A DNA stretch of 32,000 nt, taken from positions 845,001 through 877,000 of the forward strand of contig NZ_CP157942.1 of the NCBI RefSeq assembly GCF_040207875.1. Direction: 5' to 3'. This DNA comes from Wolbachia endosymbiont of Armadillidium arcangelii (GTDB lineage: Bacteria > Pseudomonadota > Alphaproteobacteria > Rickettsiales > Anaplasmataceae). The translations under genes were made by a program, and so were the position numbers. Below, piece after piece: positions 1 to 10,032 of this stretch (position 1 is its first letter; every line of letters starts with the position of its first letter). The notes below the pieces were generated by a model. That model had not been told where the DNA came from. It searched no databases and saw nothing but the letters and a program-made list of their open reading frames with translations.

Positions 1-505
1 TGGGCTTGGAGCGAATCTTGTTAGCATTTAAATTGTAAAATAATTACTTTAGTTTATTTTAATTTTATATAAATGTACTGCTAAAGCAAGATTCTTTCTC
101 TTTAATATACAGTTGGTACGAAACTTCAAAAAAAGTTGCTAAATATTTATAGCGATAAAATTGTTATTTTTAATCGTTTATTCTCTTCTTAACTAATTAT
201 ACATTTCCACTTGGATGAAAAATCAGCATTTCTAATTTTTTCCAACTGTAAATTAGAGTCTTTACAAGTTTCACAAATATGGTATAATAAAACTAATCTT
301 TATAGAGGGTATATGACAACAAATACAGAAAAATAGTAATAGAATTACTATAGCATGTGAGCAAGCGGAAAATATTGCTTACTTAGAAAGAATACAAAGA
401 CCATTAAAAAATGAAGTATTTTACGATGCAGAATCTGGCTTTGGAGATGCATTAGAAAATGAAGCATTTTATGATTCAAAATCTGATTTTGAGTATTTTG
501 AAGAT

Positions 506-2977
506 GTGTTAAAAATAAAAAACAACATCGATAGGGAAAACAAAATTAAGCAGCTTATCAAAGATGATATAAACATAAATGCTACGAAAGATGGCAAAAC
601 TATTCTAGGTATTGCTATAGAAAAAAGATGCTCACCAGAAATTGTAAAGTCATTGGTAAGCAATGGTGGTAAGATTAATACTATAGATGCTGACGGCCGT
701 ACTGTGTTGCATAGGTCTGTTAAGAATAAAAATAGAAAAGTTGTTGAGGTGCTTTTAGAAGCTAATAAAAAAGAAGTGCTTCGGCATCCATTAGCAGGAC
801 TCTTTTTAGCATTTATGCTATATCATCCAATAGAAGTCAACGCTAAGGATAATGACAATTTTACTGCCTTAGATTATGCTCATCATGGCAGTGAAATGTA
901 TAGCCTGCTGCAAAAATATGGAGCACAACATAGTGAAAAATTTTTATACTTACGTAACCTTAACATAGAAGAATTAGATTTAAATAAACTTGTTTCTGAT
1001 AACAACTACTGCTTTGATATATTTACAAAAGCATTGGAGATTGAAGATACATACAAGAAGAAAGAGACTATAGATTGGTTACTAAACAATGGTGCCAACA
1101 TTAATGTTATTAAAGATAATCAAGCACTACTGAGTATCACAGCTGCAAAAGGTGATGTTGAAAATGCTGTGCTACTGCTTGAAAGGGGAGCACTTGGAGA
1201 AATAAACTCTCAAGACGCTGAAGGAAGAACGTTATTACTAAATGCAATTATTCAAGATAAGTTGGATCATGCAAAATATCTCATGAAACAGAAAGTTAAC
1301 GCTAATATACCAGATAATAATGGAAATAGTTTATTACACTATGTTGTTGTCAGTACAGCTGACGCTACTTTTTATGATTTGCTTAAGAATGGCGCAGATT
1401 TCTATATAAAAAATCATGACAACCTTACAGCATTTGAATATGCTTTTCATGTAGGAGTAGCTCCTGGGAAAGCCGTTTATTTATTCAAGCTATATATAGA
1501 AAAAGGTGACCAGGATAAAAATACACAGTTAGTGAAAAATTTTAGATTACCTTCTGGTGAAACATTACTTGAGTATTTTTTCAACAATAAATTATTTGAT
1601 AGTGCTCAATCCTGCATAAATTTAGGAGCGAATGTTTCGCGTAATGGATCATCTTTACTGAGGCAAGCTCTTCAAAATATAGATATAGAAGGTATTCAGT
1701 TTCTTTTGCGAAATGGAGCAGATGTTTTAAATAATAAGAAAAATGGTAAATTATATTTCCAAGTAGCAGTTGGGTGTGTAGCGATGTTTTCACTTGGTAT
1801 GGGAGCTGCAGCTACGTTTACTTTAATTAAAATGTCTCCGTTAGCGATAGTAGCTACAACCATCTTTTTGACTGCAATAGCAGCTATGTCTCTGTTTGTG
1901 TTATATAAGAGAGTAAAAGAAGTAAAAGAAGAACGCATGCACGAGAATAATACTGAATTTAACATGAGCCTAAGAGAAGCAGCTAATGATTTGTTTAGCG
2001 GGTTATCAACTGTAGCAGAAAAAGGAGCAGAAGCAGGTGCACTATTCCTGGAAGTAAAGGAAAAGGCTGAAAGTGTAGTTGAAAAAATAACATTAAAATT
2101 TAAACAAGAGAATTTTATTAAGAAGTTAAGTAATTTTGAAGAATTTCAAGATGCTAGAGATTCTGGTGCTCTCAAAAAATTCTATGCTGCTGTAAAAGAT
2201 GTTCTAAGGATAAGCTCTAACATTTCTATTTCATACCTGCTGTCACTTGTTTATCGTTCCTTATTCGAAGTATTACGGGTTATTTTTCATGCAATAACTG
2301 ATCCAACTCTTGTAAGTACGATTTTAACTGCCATAAGTGAAAGAAGATTGCCTGGAAATAAGCAGTGGGTTAAGGTATTAAAAGATACAGTACCAAACTT
2401 AATAAGAAATCAAGAAATTATGCAGAACGTTATAGTACCAACTCTTACTGATATTTTAAAGAGCTTGTCGGAGTCAAAAGAAGAAAGAAAATTTATAATC
2501 TATACTCTGGTCTGCCTGAAAGAAGTGATTGATGAAGTTTATACGACATCGGTACAAGAGTCATTACGTAGAATTTTAGGAATAGAACTTGCAGATAGCT
2601 TAAATGGTACAATGCGGGCAATAAATAACTTACTCAACTGTTATGGACATGAAGAAGTAGAGCACGCAAAAATTGCAAATGAGTTAGATTATAGAGTAGG
2701 TAAACTTACACCGAAACAAACAGAGCAACTTGTTAGAGAGTTAGGAGAGAGAGTAGGGCCTCTCAGAGAGTTTGAGGGTCAAATTGCAGATAAACAGTCA
2801 ATCAGTAAATTGGTAGATTATTGTTTGGATCCAAAACCGAATGACAGGGAAGTAGCTGCAACACTATTAGGTTATATATGCGTATATACTGAAGGTTTGG
2901 CTGCTGAAGCTGGTAATTTATCTCATGTTGTACTTGTTAAGCACGTAGGAGTAAATCGGGTAGCACAGCAAGGCTAG
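506..2977 (+). CDS. Ankyrin-repeat protein with C-terminal transmembrane/helical region; annotated GTG start probably not the true N-terminus
   Basis: 823-aa ORF with ankyrin-like units (DGRTVLHRSVKNKNRKVVEVLLEAN; NDNFTALDYAHHGSEMYSLLQKYG; EGRTLLLNAIIQDKLDHAKYLMKQKVNANIPDNNGNSLLHY) and a hydrophobic segment (SPLAIVATTIFLTAIAAMSLFVLY). Same frame is open upstream to about 317. Confidence 0.85.
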   Translation: MLKIKNNIDRENKIKQLIKDDININATKDGKTILGIAIEKRCSPEIVKSLVSNGGKINTIDADGRTVLHRSVKNKNRKVVEVLLEANKKEVLRHPLAGLFLAFMLYHPIEVNAKDNDNFTALDYAHHGSEMYSLLQKYGAQHSEKFLYLRNLNIEELDLNKLVSDNNYCFDIFTKALEIEDTYKKKETIDWLLNNGANINVIKDNQALLSITAAKGDVENAVLLLERGALGEINSQDAEGRTLLLNAIIQDKLDHAKYLMKQKVNANIPDNNGNSLLHYVVVSTADATFYDLLKNGADFYIKNHDNLTAFEYAFHVGVAPGKAVYLFKLYIEKGDQDKNTQLVKNFRLPSGETLLEYFFNNKLFDSAQSCINLGANVSRNGSSLLRQALQNIDIEGIQFLLRNGADVLNNKKNGKLYFQVAVGCVAMFSLGMGAAATFTLIKMSPLAIVATTIFLTAIAAMSLFVLYKRVKEVKEERMHENNTEFNMSLREAANDLFSGLSTVAEKGAEAGALFLEVKEKAESVVEKITLKFKQENFIKKLSNFEEFQDARDSGALKKFYAAVKDVLRISSNISISYLLSLVYRSLFEVLRVIFHAITDPTLVSTILTAISERRLPGNKQWVKVLKDTVPNLIRNQEIMQNVIVPTLTDILKSLSESKEERKFIIYTLVCLKEVIDEVYTTSVQESLRRILGIELADSLNGTMRAINNLLNCYGHEEVEHAKIANELDYRVGKLTPKQTEQLVRELGERVGPLREFEGQIADKQSISKLVDYCLDPKPNDREVAATLLGYICVYTEGLAAEAGNLSHVVLVKHVGVNRVAQQG

Positions 2978-3373
2978 AAATAGTAAGATAGTTTCAGGAG
3001 CAAAGTACAGTAAGTGGGTAGATTATGGCAAGGCTAGAAAGTGTGCAGTATTATGCTAGATTGCTCCGTTGAATGATATGAGAACACACAAATTGAGGTA
3101 TTAGTATAATGAGAATTTTTTAAAAAATTCTAGAGAAAGTGTTAAGTACAGTCTTTCTTATTAAGATAGGGAGCTCTTGTTCAGGAGAGTAGTCAAAGAA
3201 GTCATGTATTAATTCAGTGATCATATTTTACCACACTCTATCGTGATATTTCTATATTAGAAACCTTAATTATATAAATTGATTATTGACACCTGGCACT
3301 TAACTAATCAGTTATTTACTCTAAATATATTATACGTATACTTATTATTAAATTAAATTTGAAATGATAAGAA

Positions 3374-3890
3374 ATGAGTGAATTTAAATCAATCCGCAAT
3401 ATTGCAATAATTGCACACGTTGACCACGGAAAAACTACTTTACTTGATAACATGTTAAAACAAAGTGGCACGTTTCGTGAGAATCAAGAAGTTCAAGAAC
3501 GAGTGATGGATAGTGGTGATCAAGAACGTGAACGTGGGATTACAATACTTGCAAAATGTACGTCAATAATGTGGGGTGATGAGAAAATCAATATCATTGA
3601 TACACCAGGACATGCGGATTTTGGTGGAGAAGTGGAAAGGGTGCTCTGCATGGCAGATGGTGTATTACTACTGGTTGATGCTGCAGAAGGTCCAATGCCA
3701 CAGACTAAGTTTGTGTTGTCAAAAGCACTAAAGGCAAATTTAAAACCGATTGTGATAATCAATAAGGTTGATCGACCAGACAGCAGAATTGATGAAGTAC
3801 TAAATGAAATATATGAGTTATTTTTTAACCTTGATGCAACCAACGAGCAACTAGATTTTCCAGTACTCTATGCTTCAGGTAGAAATGGTT
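3374..3890 (+). pseudogene. typA: Truncated translational GTPase TypA/BipA (N-terminal G domain only)
   Basis: [82 protein letters not shown] are canonical TypA G-domain motifs; the homology stops after [10 protein letters not shown] and the rest of the gene is absent. Confidence 0.85.
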
Positions 3891-3896
3891 GGTGTG

Positions 3897-4215
3897 CTAA
3901 GGAGCTACTTCTTCTTTTTCCACACCTTCAACTGATATTCTACTACATAAGACTTGATTTGGTGAATTCCCCACCACATTCGCAAGAATTCTACCTTTAC
4001 TACCTTCCATTTTAGATGCCCAACCTGACCGCCAATGTTCCTCTTGCTTATCCTTTTTTATTTTATACAATTCTTTTGAACTTGGCATTGATGAATTTTT
4101 CGAGTTTAAACCAAGCCTTTCCTTTCTTTGAGCATTCTCAGAGCTTCTTTTTCGGCTTTTAAATTTTCTACCTCTATTTTTAAGTTTTCGCAAAGTTCTA
4201 AAAGTTTTACCATAT
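3897..4215 (-). pseudogene. IS66-like transposase N-terminal remnant, frameshifted
   Basis: Minus-strand ORF contains RLGLNSKNSSMPSSKELYK...[29 protein letters not shown], resembling the IS66 N-terminal 'LGLNSxNSSKPPSSD ... GGQxGHKGxTL' signature; upstream frame reads NLKIEVENLKAEKEALR before a shift. Confidence 0.5.
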
Positions 4216-4313
4216 TACCTTGTAGCTATTCTATGATTAGACCGCCTTGTCTACCTTGCTATTCCCCTGAATAGATACGGAGAATTAACTGACAGAAGAA
4301 TTGAAAACTAATA

Positions 4314-5000
4314 TCAGCATTCTGTTAAATGTATGTTACTTGTAGAGATTAAGTTTTGTCTTTTACAATTTATCTGTACTTCCTTTGATTCATTTACTTG
4401 AGTATTAGGTCTTAGTGTTGTATGTGTAACGTAACCAGCTACGAGTGCAGATACTATTGCTATACCAACCATTAACCATATATCTAATTTAGTTGTATGC
4501 TCAAGTGCAATATATGTTGCTAACCCAACAGCAAGAACAGTACTAGCATTAGCGATGTATGTTGCTTTTTCTCTCAGTTCAGTTTCTTCATTTTTGACTT
4601 CTAATATTTTCTTTTCTTGCTGTGAATGCTGGATTTGAGTATTTAGTTTATTTTTTTCAGCTTTTAATTCTATATTTTCGTTCTGAGCTGTCTTCCTTGC
4701 ATATTCTAAGGATCTATTTAACCGTTCAGCTCTATCCTTTTTAGTTTGTAAGTCTTTATTTTCCGCCTTTAGTTGCTCAAGCTTACTTATTTTTTGTTTC
4801 ATTTCACTGCTCATTTCATTTTTTAGTTCATTTCTTATTTTATCTTTTAATGTAGCTACTGCTTCTTCTGAGCTTTTTTTACCTTTTAACTCCAGCACGT
4901 CTTCAAGCAATTCTGCTAAGTCTACTTTTGCTGGGTGAGGCACATAGTATGGATTACTTAGAATATCTATAAGCTCTTTTAAGTTATGAAAGTTAAGCAT
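4314..5000 (-). CDS. Hypothetical coiled-coil protein with C-terminal transmembrane segment pair
   Basis: ORF 4314..5072; likely start is the internal ATG at 5000 (MLNFHNLKELIDILSNPYYVPHPAKVDL). Long heptad-rich region, then STVLAVGLATYIALEH...IWLMVGIAIVSALVAGYV. Confidence 0.6.
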   Translation of the reverse strand: MLNFHNLKELIDILSNPYYVPHPAKVDLAELLEDVLELKGKKSSEEAVATLKDKIRNELKNEMSSEMKQKISKLEQLKAENKDLQTKKDRAERLNRSLEYARKTAQNENIELKAEKNKLNTQIQHSQQEKKILEVKNEETELREKATYIANASTVLAVGLATYIALEHTTKLDIWLMVGIAIVSALVAGYVTHTTLRPNTQVNESKEVQINCKRQNLISTSNIHLTEC

Positions 5001-5157
5001 AATAAACCTCAATACTAAAAATTTATTATGTAATACATTAAAAATTATAAGATCAAGAAAAATTTGTATCATAACAAGGCTAAATTAAATGGTAGACATT
5101 AAAATTGCTGTATTTGCTCAATTGTGCTAACTTAAAGCTTAAAACTGAGAAATATTT

Positions 5158-7707
5158 ATGTTAGAAGAAAAGTATAGCTTTAGGGAAATTGAAGACAAAT
5201 ACAACATATTATGGGAAAGGAGTAAAGTTTATAAATGGAATGGTGAAAAGGATAATACTTTTACTATAGATACGCCTCCACCAACGATATCTGGAAAGTT
5301 GCATATTGGTCATATATTTAGCTATTGCCATACGGACTTTATTGCAAGGTTTCAACGTATGCTGGGGAAAGATGTATTTTATCCAATTGGGTTTGATGAT
5401 AATGGGCTTCCCACTGAAAGGTTAGTTGAGCAAACCTATAAAACCCGTGCAAAAGAAGTTGGCAGAGAAAAATTTATAGAGATGTGCCATGAAGTTATTG
5501 AGAAGTCAAAGCAAGAATTCAAGGAGTTATTTAAATCGGTCGGCATTAGTTATGATTGGAGTTTGGAATATCACACGATCAGCAAGGAAGCTGTGGCACT
5601 TTCTCAAATGTCATTCATTGATCTATATAACAAAGGGTATGCATACAGAAAAATGCAACCTATTCTTTGGGACCCAGTTGATAAAACTGCAATTGCGCAA
5701 GCGGAAATAGAGGATAAAGTCTTTGAGTCATCTTTGAACACGATAGTTTTTTCCACTGAAAAAAATGAGCAGATTCATATTGCAACTACGCGACCTGAAT
5801 TACTTCCTGCATGTGTTGCAGTCTTTTGTCATCCAGAAGATGCACGATATGCCCATCTGATTGGAAAAATAGCCATAGTGGCAATTACAGGGGAAAAAGT
5901 TCCAATAATAGCTGATGATAAGGTAAAAATAGATAAAGGTACTGGGCTTGTTATGTGCTGTACATTTGGTGATGAGCTTGACATATATTGGCAGCAAAAA
6001 CATAACTTGCCGATGAAAATTATCATTGATCAGAATGGAAGGATGAATCTGCATGCAGTGTGTGATCAAAAATGGATCCCAGTGTCAAGCACTGGGATGA
6101 CAGGGGAGAAAGATGCTCAGTGTCAAGATACTCAGATGACAGAGGAGACACATGTCGGTGTCATCCGAGCAGCTGACACTGGGATCCATGGACTAAAAGT
6201 TAAAGAAGCAAGAAAGAGAATTATTGAAATCCTAACTGAAAAGGGCCTCTTGATAGAAAGTACTAGTATTTCTCATTCTGTCAAATGTGCGGAAAGATCT
6301 GGTACACCACTTGAAATATTACCTACTTATCAATGGTTTATCAAGATTTTAGAGCAAAAGGCTCAAGTATTAGATAAAGTAAGAGAATGTAATTGGCATC
6401 CAGAGTCTATGCGTAAACGTATGGAGGTGTGGATAGAAGGGCTAAATTGGGATTGGTGCATTTCAAGGCAGCGCTATTTTGGTGTGCCATTTCCGGTATG
6501 GTATTCAAAGCGTAAAGGAGAGGAAGGCAAAATTATTCTAGCTGAAGTAAAGGATTTGCCTATAGATCCACTTAAAGATTTGCCGAAAGGCTATAGCAAA
6601 GAAGAGGTTGTTCCAGATCAAGATGTAATGGATACTTGGGCTACAAGTGCAATTACTCCTCAGCTAAGTGCACTAGCAGTAAACAGTGAGCTCAGCTTGC
6701 CAAACCATCGCTATGACAAGATATTTCCTGCAGATCTGCGCAGCCAAAGCCATGAGATAATAAGAACTTGGGCTTTTTATACGATTTTGAAGGCACATTA
6801 TCATGCAGATTCACTGCCGTGGAAAAACATTATGATTAGCGGTTGGTGTTTGGCTGATGATAAAAAAAAGATGAGTAAATCAAAAGGTAACATCATTACT
6901 CCTCATGTAATACTTGATACTTATGGAGCTGATGTGGTTCGCTATTGGGCAGCAAACTCAAGACTTGGTGTTGACACAGTCTACTCTGAAAATATCTTCA
7001 AAATTGGCAAACGGCTCGTTACGAAACTTTGGAATGCCAGCAAATTTGTTTCCATATTCATGGAAAAACATCAAACTATGAGCATAAATTCCATCAGTGA
7101 GACGATGGACAAGTGGGTATTGTCTAAGTTGTACAAAACTATAGAAAGAGCAACAAATAACCTATTGCAATTTGAATATTGCGAAGCTTTGAGTGCGGTA
7201 GAAGAATTTTTTTGGAAAGATTTTTGTGATAATTACTTAGAGCTAGTAAAAAAACGTGCATACGGTAGCAGTGAAACAAATTCAAGCGCTAAACAGAGTT
7301 TAACATATATGTTGAACATTATTTTGCGGTTATTTGCACCCTTTTTGCCATACATTACAGAAGAAATATATCATCGGTTGTATAGTTATAACTCCGTGCA
7401 CAATAAAAGTAATTGGCCTAGCAAGCAAGAGCTGATCTATGATAAGCATTCTGAAGAAATGGGAGATAATTTCGTGCAGATGTTAAACTTAGTGAGAAAA
7501 ATAAAAGCGGATAATAATGTGTCAGTTAAGCACTTGATAAAAAAATTGATGATAAAAGCAAATGCAAAAGAGGATAAGTTAAATCAATCTGCACAGGATG
7601 ATTTGCAAGCAATTTGCAATGCTGAAGTGATAGAATGGGTTGAGAGTACAGAGGCAGAGCTTATAACTGAGAATGGAAAATTTACTGTAAGTGTATTGAT
7701 TGCATAA
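5158..7707 (+). CDS. valS: Valyl-tRNA synthetase (class I aminoacyl-tRNA synthetase)
   Basis: 849 aa; PPTISGKLHIGHIFSY (HIGH motif), KMSKSKGN (KMSKS motif), FPVWY, editing-domain TTRPELLPACVAVFCHPEDARY, anticodon-binding-like C-terminus. Confidence 0.95.
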   Translation: MLEEKYSFREIEDKYNILWERSKVYKWNGEKDNTFTIDTPPPTISGKLHIGHIFSYCHTDFIARFQRMLGKDVFYPIGFDDNGLPTERLVEQTYKTRAKEVGREKFIEMCHEVIEKSKQEFKELFKSVGISYDWSLEYHTISKEAVALSQMSFIDLYNKGYAYRKMQPILWDPVDKTAIAQAEIEDKVFESSLNTIVFSTEKNEQIHIATTRPELLPACVAVFCHPEDARYAHLIGKIAIVAITGEKVPIIADDKVKIDKGTGLVMCCTFGDELDIYWQQKHNLPMKIIIDQNGRMNLHAVCDQKWIPVSSTGMTGEKDAQCQDTQMTEETHVGVIRAADTGIHGLKVKEARKRIIEILTEKGLLIESTSISHSVKCAERSGTPLEILPTYQWFIKILEQKAQVLDKVRECNWHPESMRKRMEVWIEGLNWDWCISRQRYFGVPFPVWYSKRKGEEGKIILAEVKDLPIDPLKDLPKGYSKEEVVPDQDVMDTWATSAITPQLSALAVNSELSLPNHRYDKIFPADLRSQSHEIIRTWAFYTILKAHYHADSLPWKNIMISGWCLADDKKKMSKSKGNIITPHVILDTYGADVVRYWAANSRLGVDTVYSENIFKIGKRLVTKLWNASKFVSIFMEKHQTMSINSISETMDKWVLSKLYKTIERATNNLLQFEYCEALSAVEEFFWKDFCDNYLELVKKRAYGSSETNSSAKQSLTYMLNIILRLFAPFLPYITEEIYHRLYSYNSVHNKSNWPSKQELIYDKHSEEMGDNFVQMLNLVRKIKADNNVSVKHLIKKLMIKANAKEDKLNQSAQDDLQAICNAEVIEWVESTEAELITENGKFTVSVLIA
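6073..6188. repeat. Palindromic repeat element inserted in frame in valS
   Basis: Perfect 15-bp inverted ends tggatcccagtgtca (6073-6087) / tgacactgggatcca (6174-6188), with inner complementary blocks ggatgaca / tgtcatcc and an internal ~30-bp imperfect direct repeat (about 6081-6110 and 6119-6148). Confidence 0.85.
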
Positions 7708-7998
7708 CTTAGCATTCGTGTTAGCATGATAATTATTTAGCTGTGAGGGAATGGTGATGGGTGGTTCATATTATAGTAAAGCTAAAGGACAAGAAGACGA
7801 TTATCATAACTTCGTTCAAAAATTTTTGTTTTTGCTCAATAAGATAAAAGAAAAAAATAAATCAATCAATTCACACTGCTGTAGCTAATTTTAACGTATT
7901 ATGTTTTTTAATAAAACATAATACCAATTTTAATGAAGATGAAGTATATAAAGCCATTATCCAAGATTACAATAGTATAGCTAGACCAGAGCTTCAAG

Positions 7999-8820
7999 AT
8001 GAGGCTAAAAAAAGTGTTGAATGGATATATTGAAAATGGTGTTGAAACAGTCTCAATATATAGAAGTTGTGCAGAAATTGAATTGAGGGCTAATAAACAT
8101 GAATTCAAAATCAGTGAGTTTTTAAATAGTAATTTCTGTAAAGATAATGGAATTTTAGGGTTTTCAACGCTGCATAGCAATGGAAAAAGTGGAATACACG
8201 GCTTTGTTTCTGAAGAAGGGATAAGGTATTACATTGTAACTGATGGTTCATACGAAATGACTCTGAACTGGTATGATAAGGATGGAAAAAAGTGTACTAT
8301 TATAATTAACATTGATGCTAGTGGTATAGAACTCATTGAGCGTAATAGTGTTACTGACGATCAGTTGAAAGCGAACAAAGATGTAAAAATAGGTAACTTA
8401 TTCTTGTATCAAATAAAATTTAAAAATAAGGAGGAAGGCAATCATAAATCATCTGAAACCGTGATAGAAAATGGTAATAGAAATATTAACATTCAAACAA
8501 CTCAAGAAATTGAGTGTGATAGCAAAGAAACTCAGATAAGTGCTACTAAAATGCAAGACAAAAGTACACAAGCTATAGATGACAGCTTAAACGAAGAGAT
8601 TAATAAATTGGAAAAAGAAAATACAAGATTGACTGAAGATAAAGAAATTATATCAGAACAATTGCAGCAGAAAGTGAGAGAGGTAGAGGAATTAAAAGCT
8701 ATCATACAAAAAAATTTAGATCAGAAAACTGAAGAGTTAGCTAAAGCAACACAAAAACTCAAGCAGTTAAGTGATGCGGTAGAGAGTGAAGTTAAGGAGA
8801 GAAGAGGGAGTGTTAAATAA
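7999..8820 (+). CDS. Hypothetical protein with C-terminal coiled coil; C-terminus altered by IS insertion
   Basis: 273-aa ORF; heptad-rich KLEKENTRLTEDKEIISEQLQQKVREVEELKAI...; last codons GSVK-stop lie inside the IS terminal inverted repeat starting at 8806. Confidence 0.6.
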   Translation: MRLKKVLNGYIENGVETVSIYRSCAEIELRANKHEFKISEFLNSNFCKDNGILGFSTLHSNGKSGIHGFVSEEGIRYYIVTDGSYEMTLNWYDKDGKKCTIIINIDASGIELIERNSVTDDQLKANKDVKIGNLFLYQIKFKNKEEGNHKSSETVIENGNRNINIQTTQEIECDSKETQISATKMQDKSTQAIDDSLNEEINKLEKENTRLTEDKEIISEQLQQKVREVEELKAIIQKNLDQKTEELAKATQKLKQLSDAVESEVKERRGSVK

Positions 8821-10005
8821 ACTGTGTCAAACCGAATTTTTAATTCAACTCAATTTTCAATCTACCAGGAAAGAAGATGTCAAGTTGAGATACAGTTAAA
8901 GCCCAATTAGGCAGAGCCATTTTTGCTCTACTTTCTTTATAGCACAATATACCTGTTTATACAAGGCATTTATGCTAGTAAATGAGCCCTTGGTTTTGGT
9001 GAATTTCCTAATTTGCCTATGTAGCCCCTCTATGGGATTAGTAGTATAGATCATCCTCCTAACTGGGTCGGAATACTTAAAATAACCAGATAGGTTTTCC
9101 CAATTATTCTGCCAAGATTATAGGGTACTTTGTGCCCCATTTTTCATCTAATTCCAACAGATAATTCTCGGCAATTTCCTTACTTGAAGCTTTTCTTTAA
9201 ATCACTCAAAAAACTCTTTACTAGCTACATACTTCAGTGAGTTACGTATCTGATGCACTATACACATTCTGCATTAGGGAACACACCGTTTATTGCTGCA
9301 GGAAAGCTTTTTAGCCCATCTACACATGCAATTAGAATATCTTCCACTCCTCTCTCTTTGAGATCATTTAGTACTCCCAACCAGAACTTCACTTTCAGCT
9401 AAATAAAACTTCTTTTCTGCCATTTTGCTAATATATTATACATACATTTACTTACACAACTCCTTAAAAAACCATGAAAACTATCGGATATACAGACTGC
9501 AGCGGACGACTACGCCATTCGTTGATTACTGTTTGTCAGTAATACTTGATATCTCTGCCGCCGATATTTTATGATCGTAAATTTCCTCAATATGTGACGC
9601 TATATCTCCATGCCACTGGCAAATGTGCTTAAGACCTTTGCTTCAAGTTCTGTTGTTTGTCTTTTTCTAACTATTTGGGGTTCAAAGCTTCCTTCCCTGT
9701 CTCTAGGTGTTAACAACTCAAATGAGTTGTACGTAAAGTTTTTCCCATTTCTTCGATTATTTTCTTCGCTTTCACCAGACAAGTGGTGTTCTATTTCACC
9801 TTCCAGACTTGCCTCAAGCAGCTTTTTTATAAACGGTGTCATCTCTTCCTGTTAGCGGTCTTCCTTCTCGTATAGACGACAGGTTTCTAATTCTTTATAA
9901 TCTACCAAACCGGTAGTTTTATTTACTTGACTCATGTCAAACCTCCGTTTTTTATATCAATTATATTTTTATTTCTTGGTTTGACACAGTTTATTTAACA
10001 CTCCC
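8806..10005 (-). mobile_element. Degenerate IS256-family (mutator-type) insertion sequence
   Basis: Perfect 28-bp inverted repeat gggagtgttaaataaactgtgtcaaacc (8806-8833) / ggtttgacacagtttatttaacactccc (9978-10005) bounding a frameshifted transposase on the minus strand (SLEGEIEHHLSGESEENNRRNGKN...EPQIVRKRQTTELEAKVLSTFASGM, then HIEEIYDHKIS-like sequence). Confidence 0.8.
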
Positions 10006-10032
10006 ACTGAAATACTTAAACTCCTACTATTT

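Noticed and set aside
469-663. Short ORFs antisense to long coding regions (469..663, 1581..1965, 3520..3843, 5800..6069, 19648..19896, 20122..20536, 21139..21447, 23097..23694, 27473..27825, 29039..29461, 30052..30276)
   Set aside because: All overlap convincing genes on the other strand, lack family motifs and look like shadow ORFs of AT-rich DNA.
7741-7900. Short ORF GSYYSKAKGQEDDYHNFVQKFLFLLNKIKEKNKSINSHCCS after valS
   Set aside because: Too short, no recognised motif and no clear coding support; not called.
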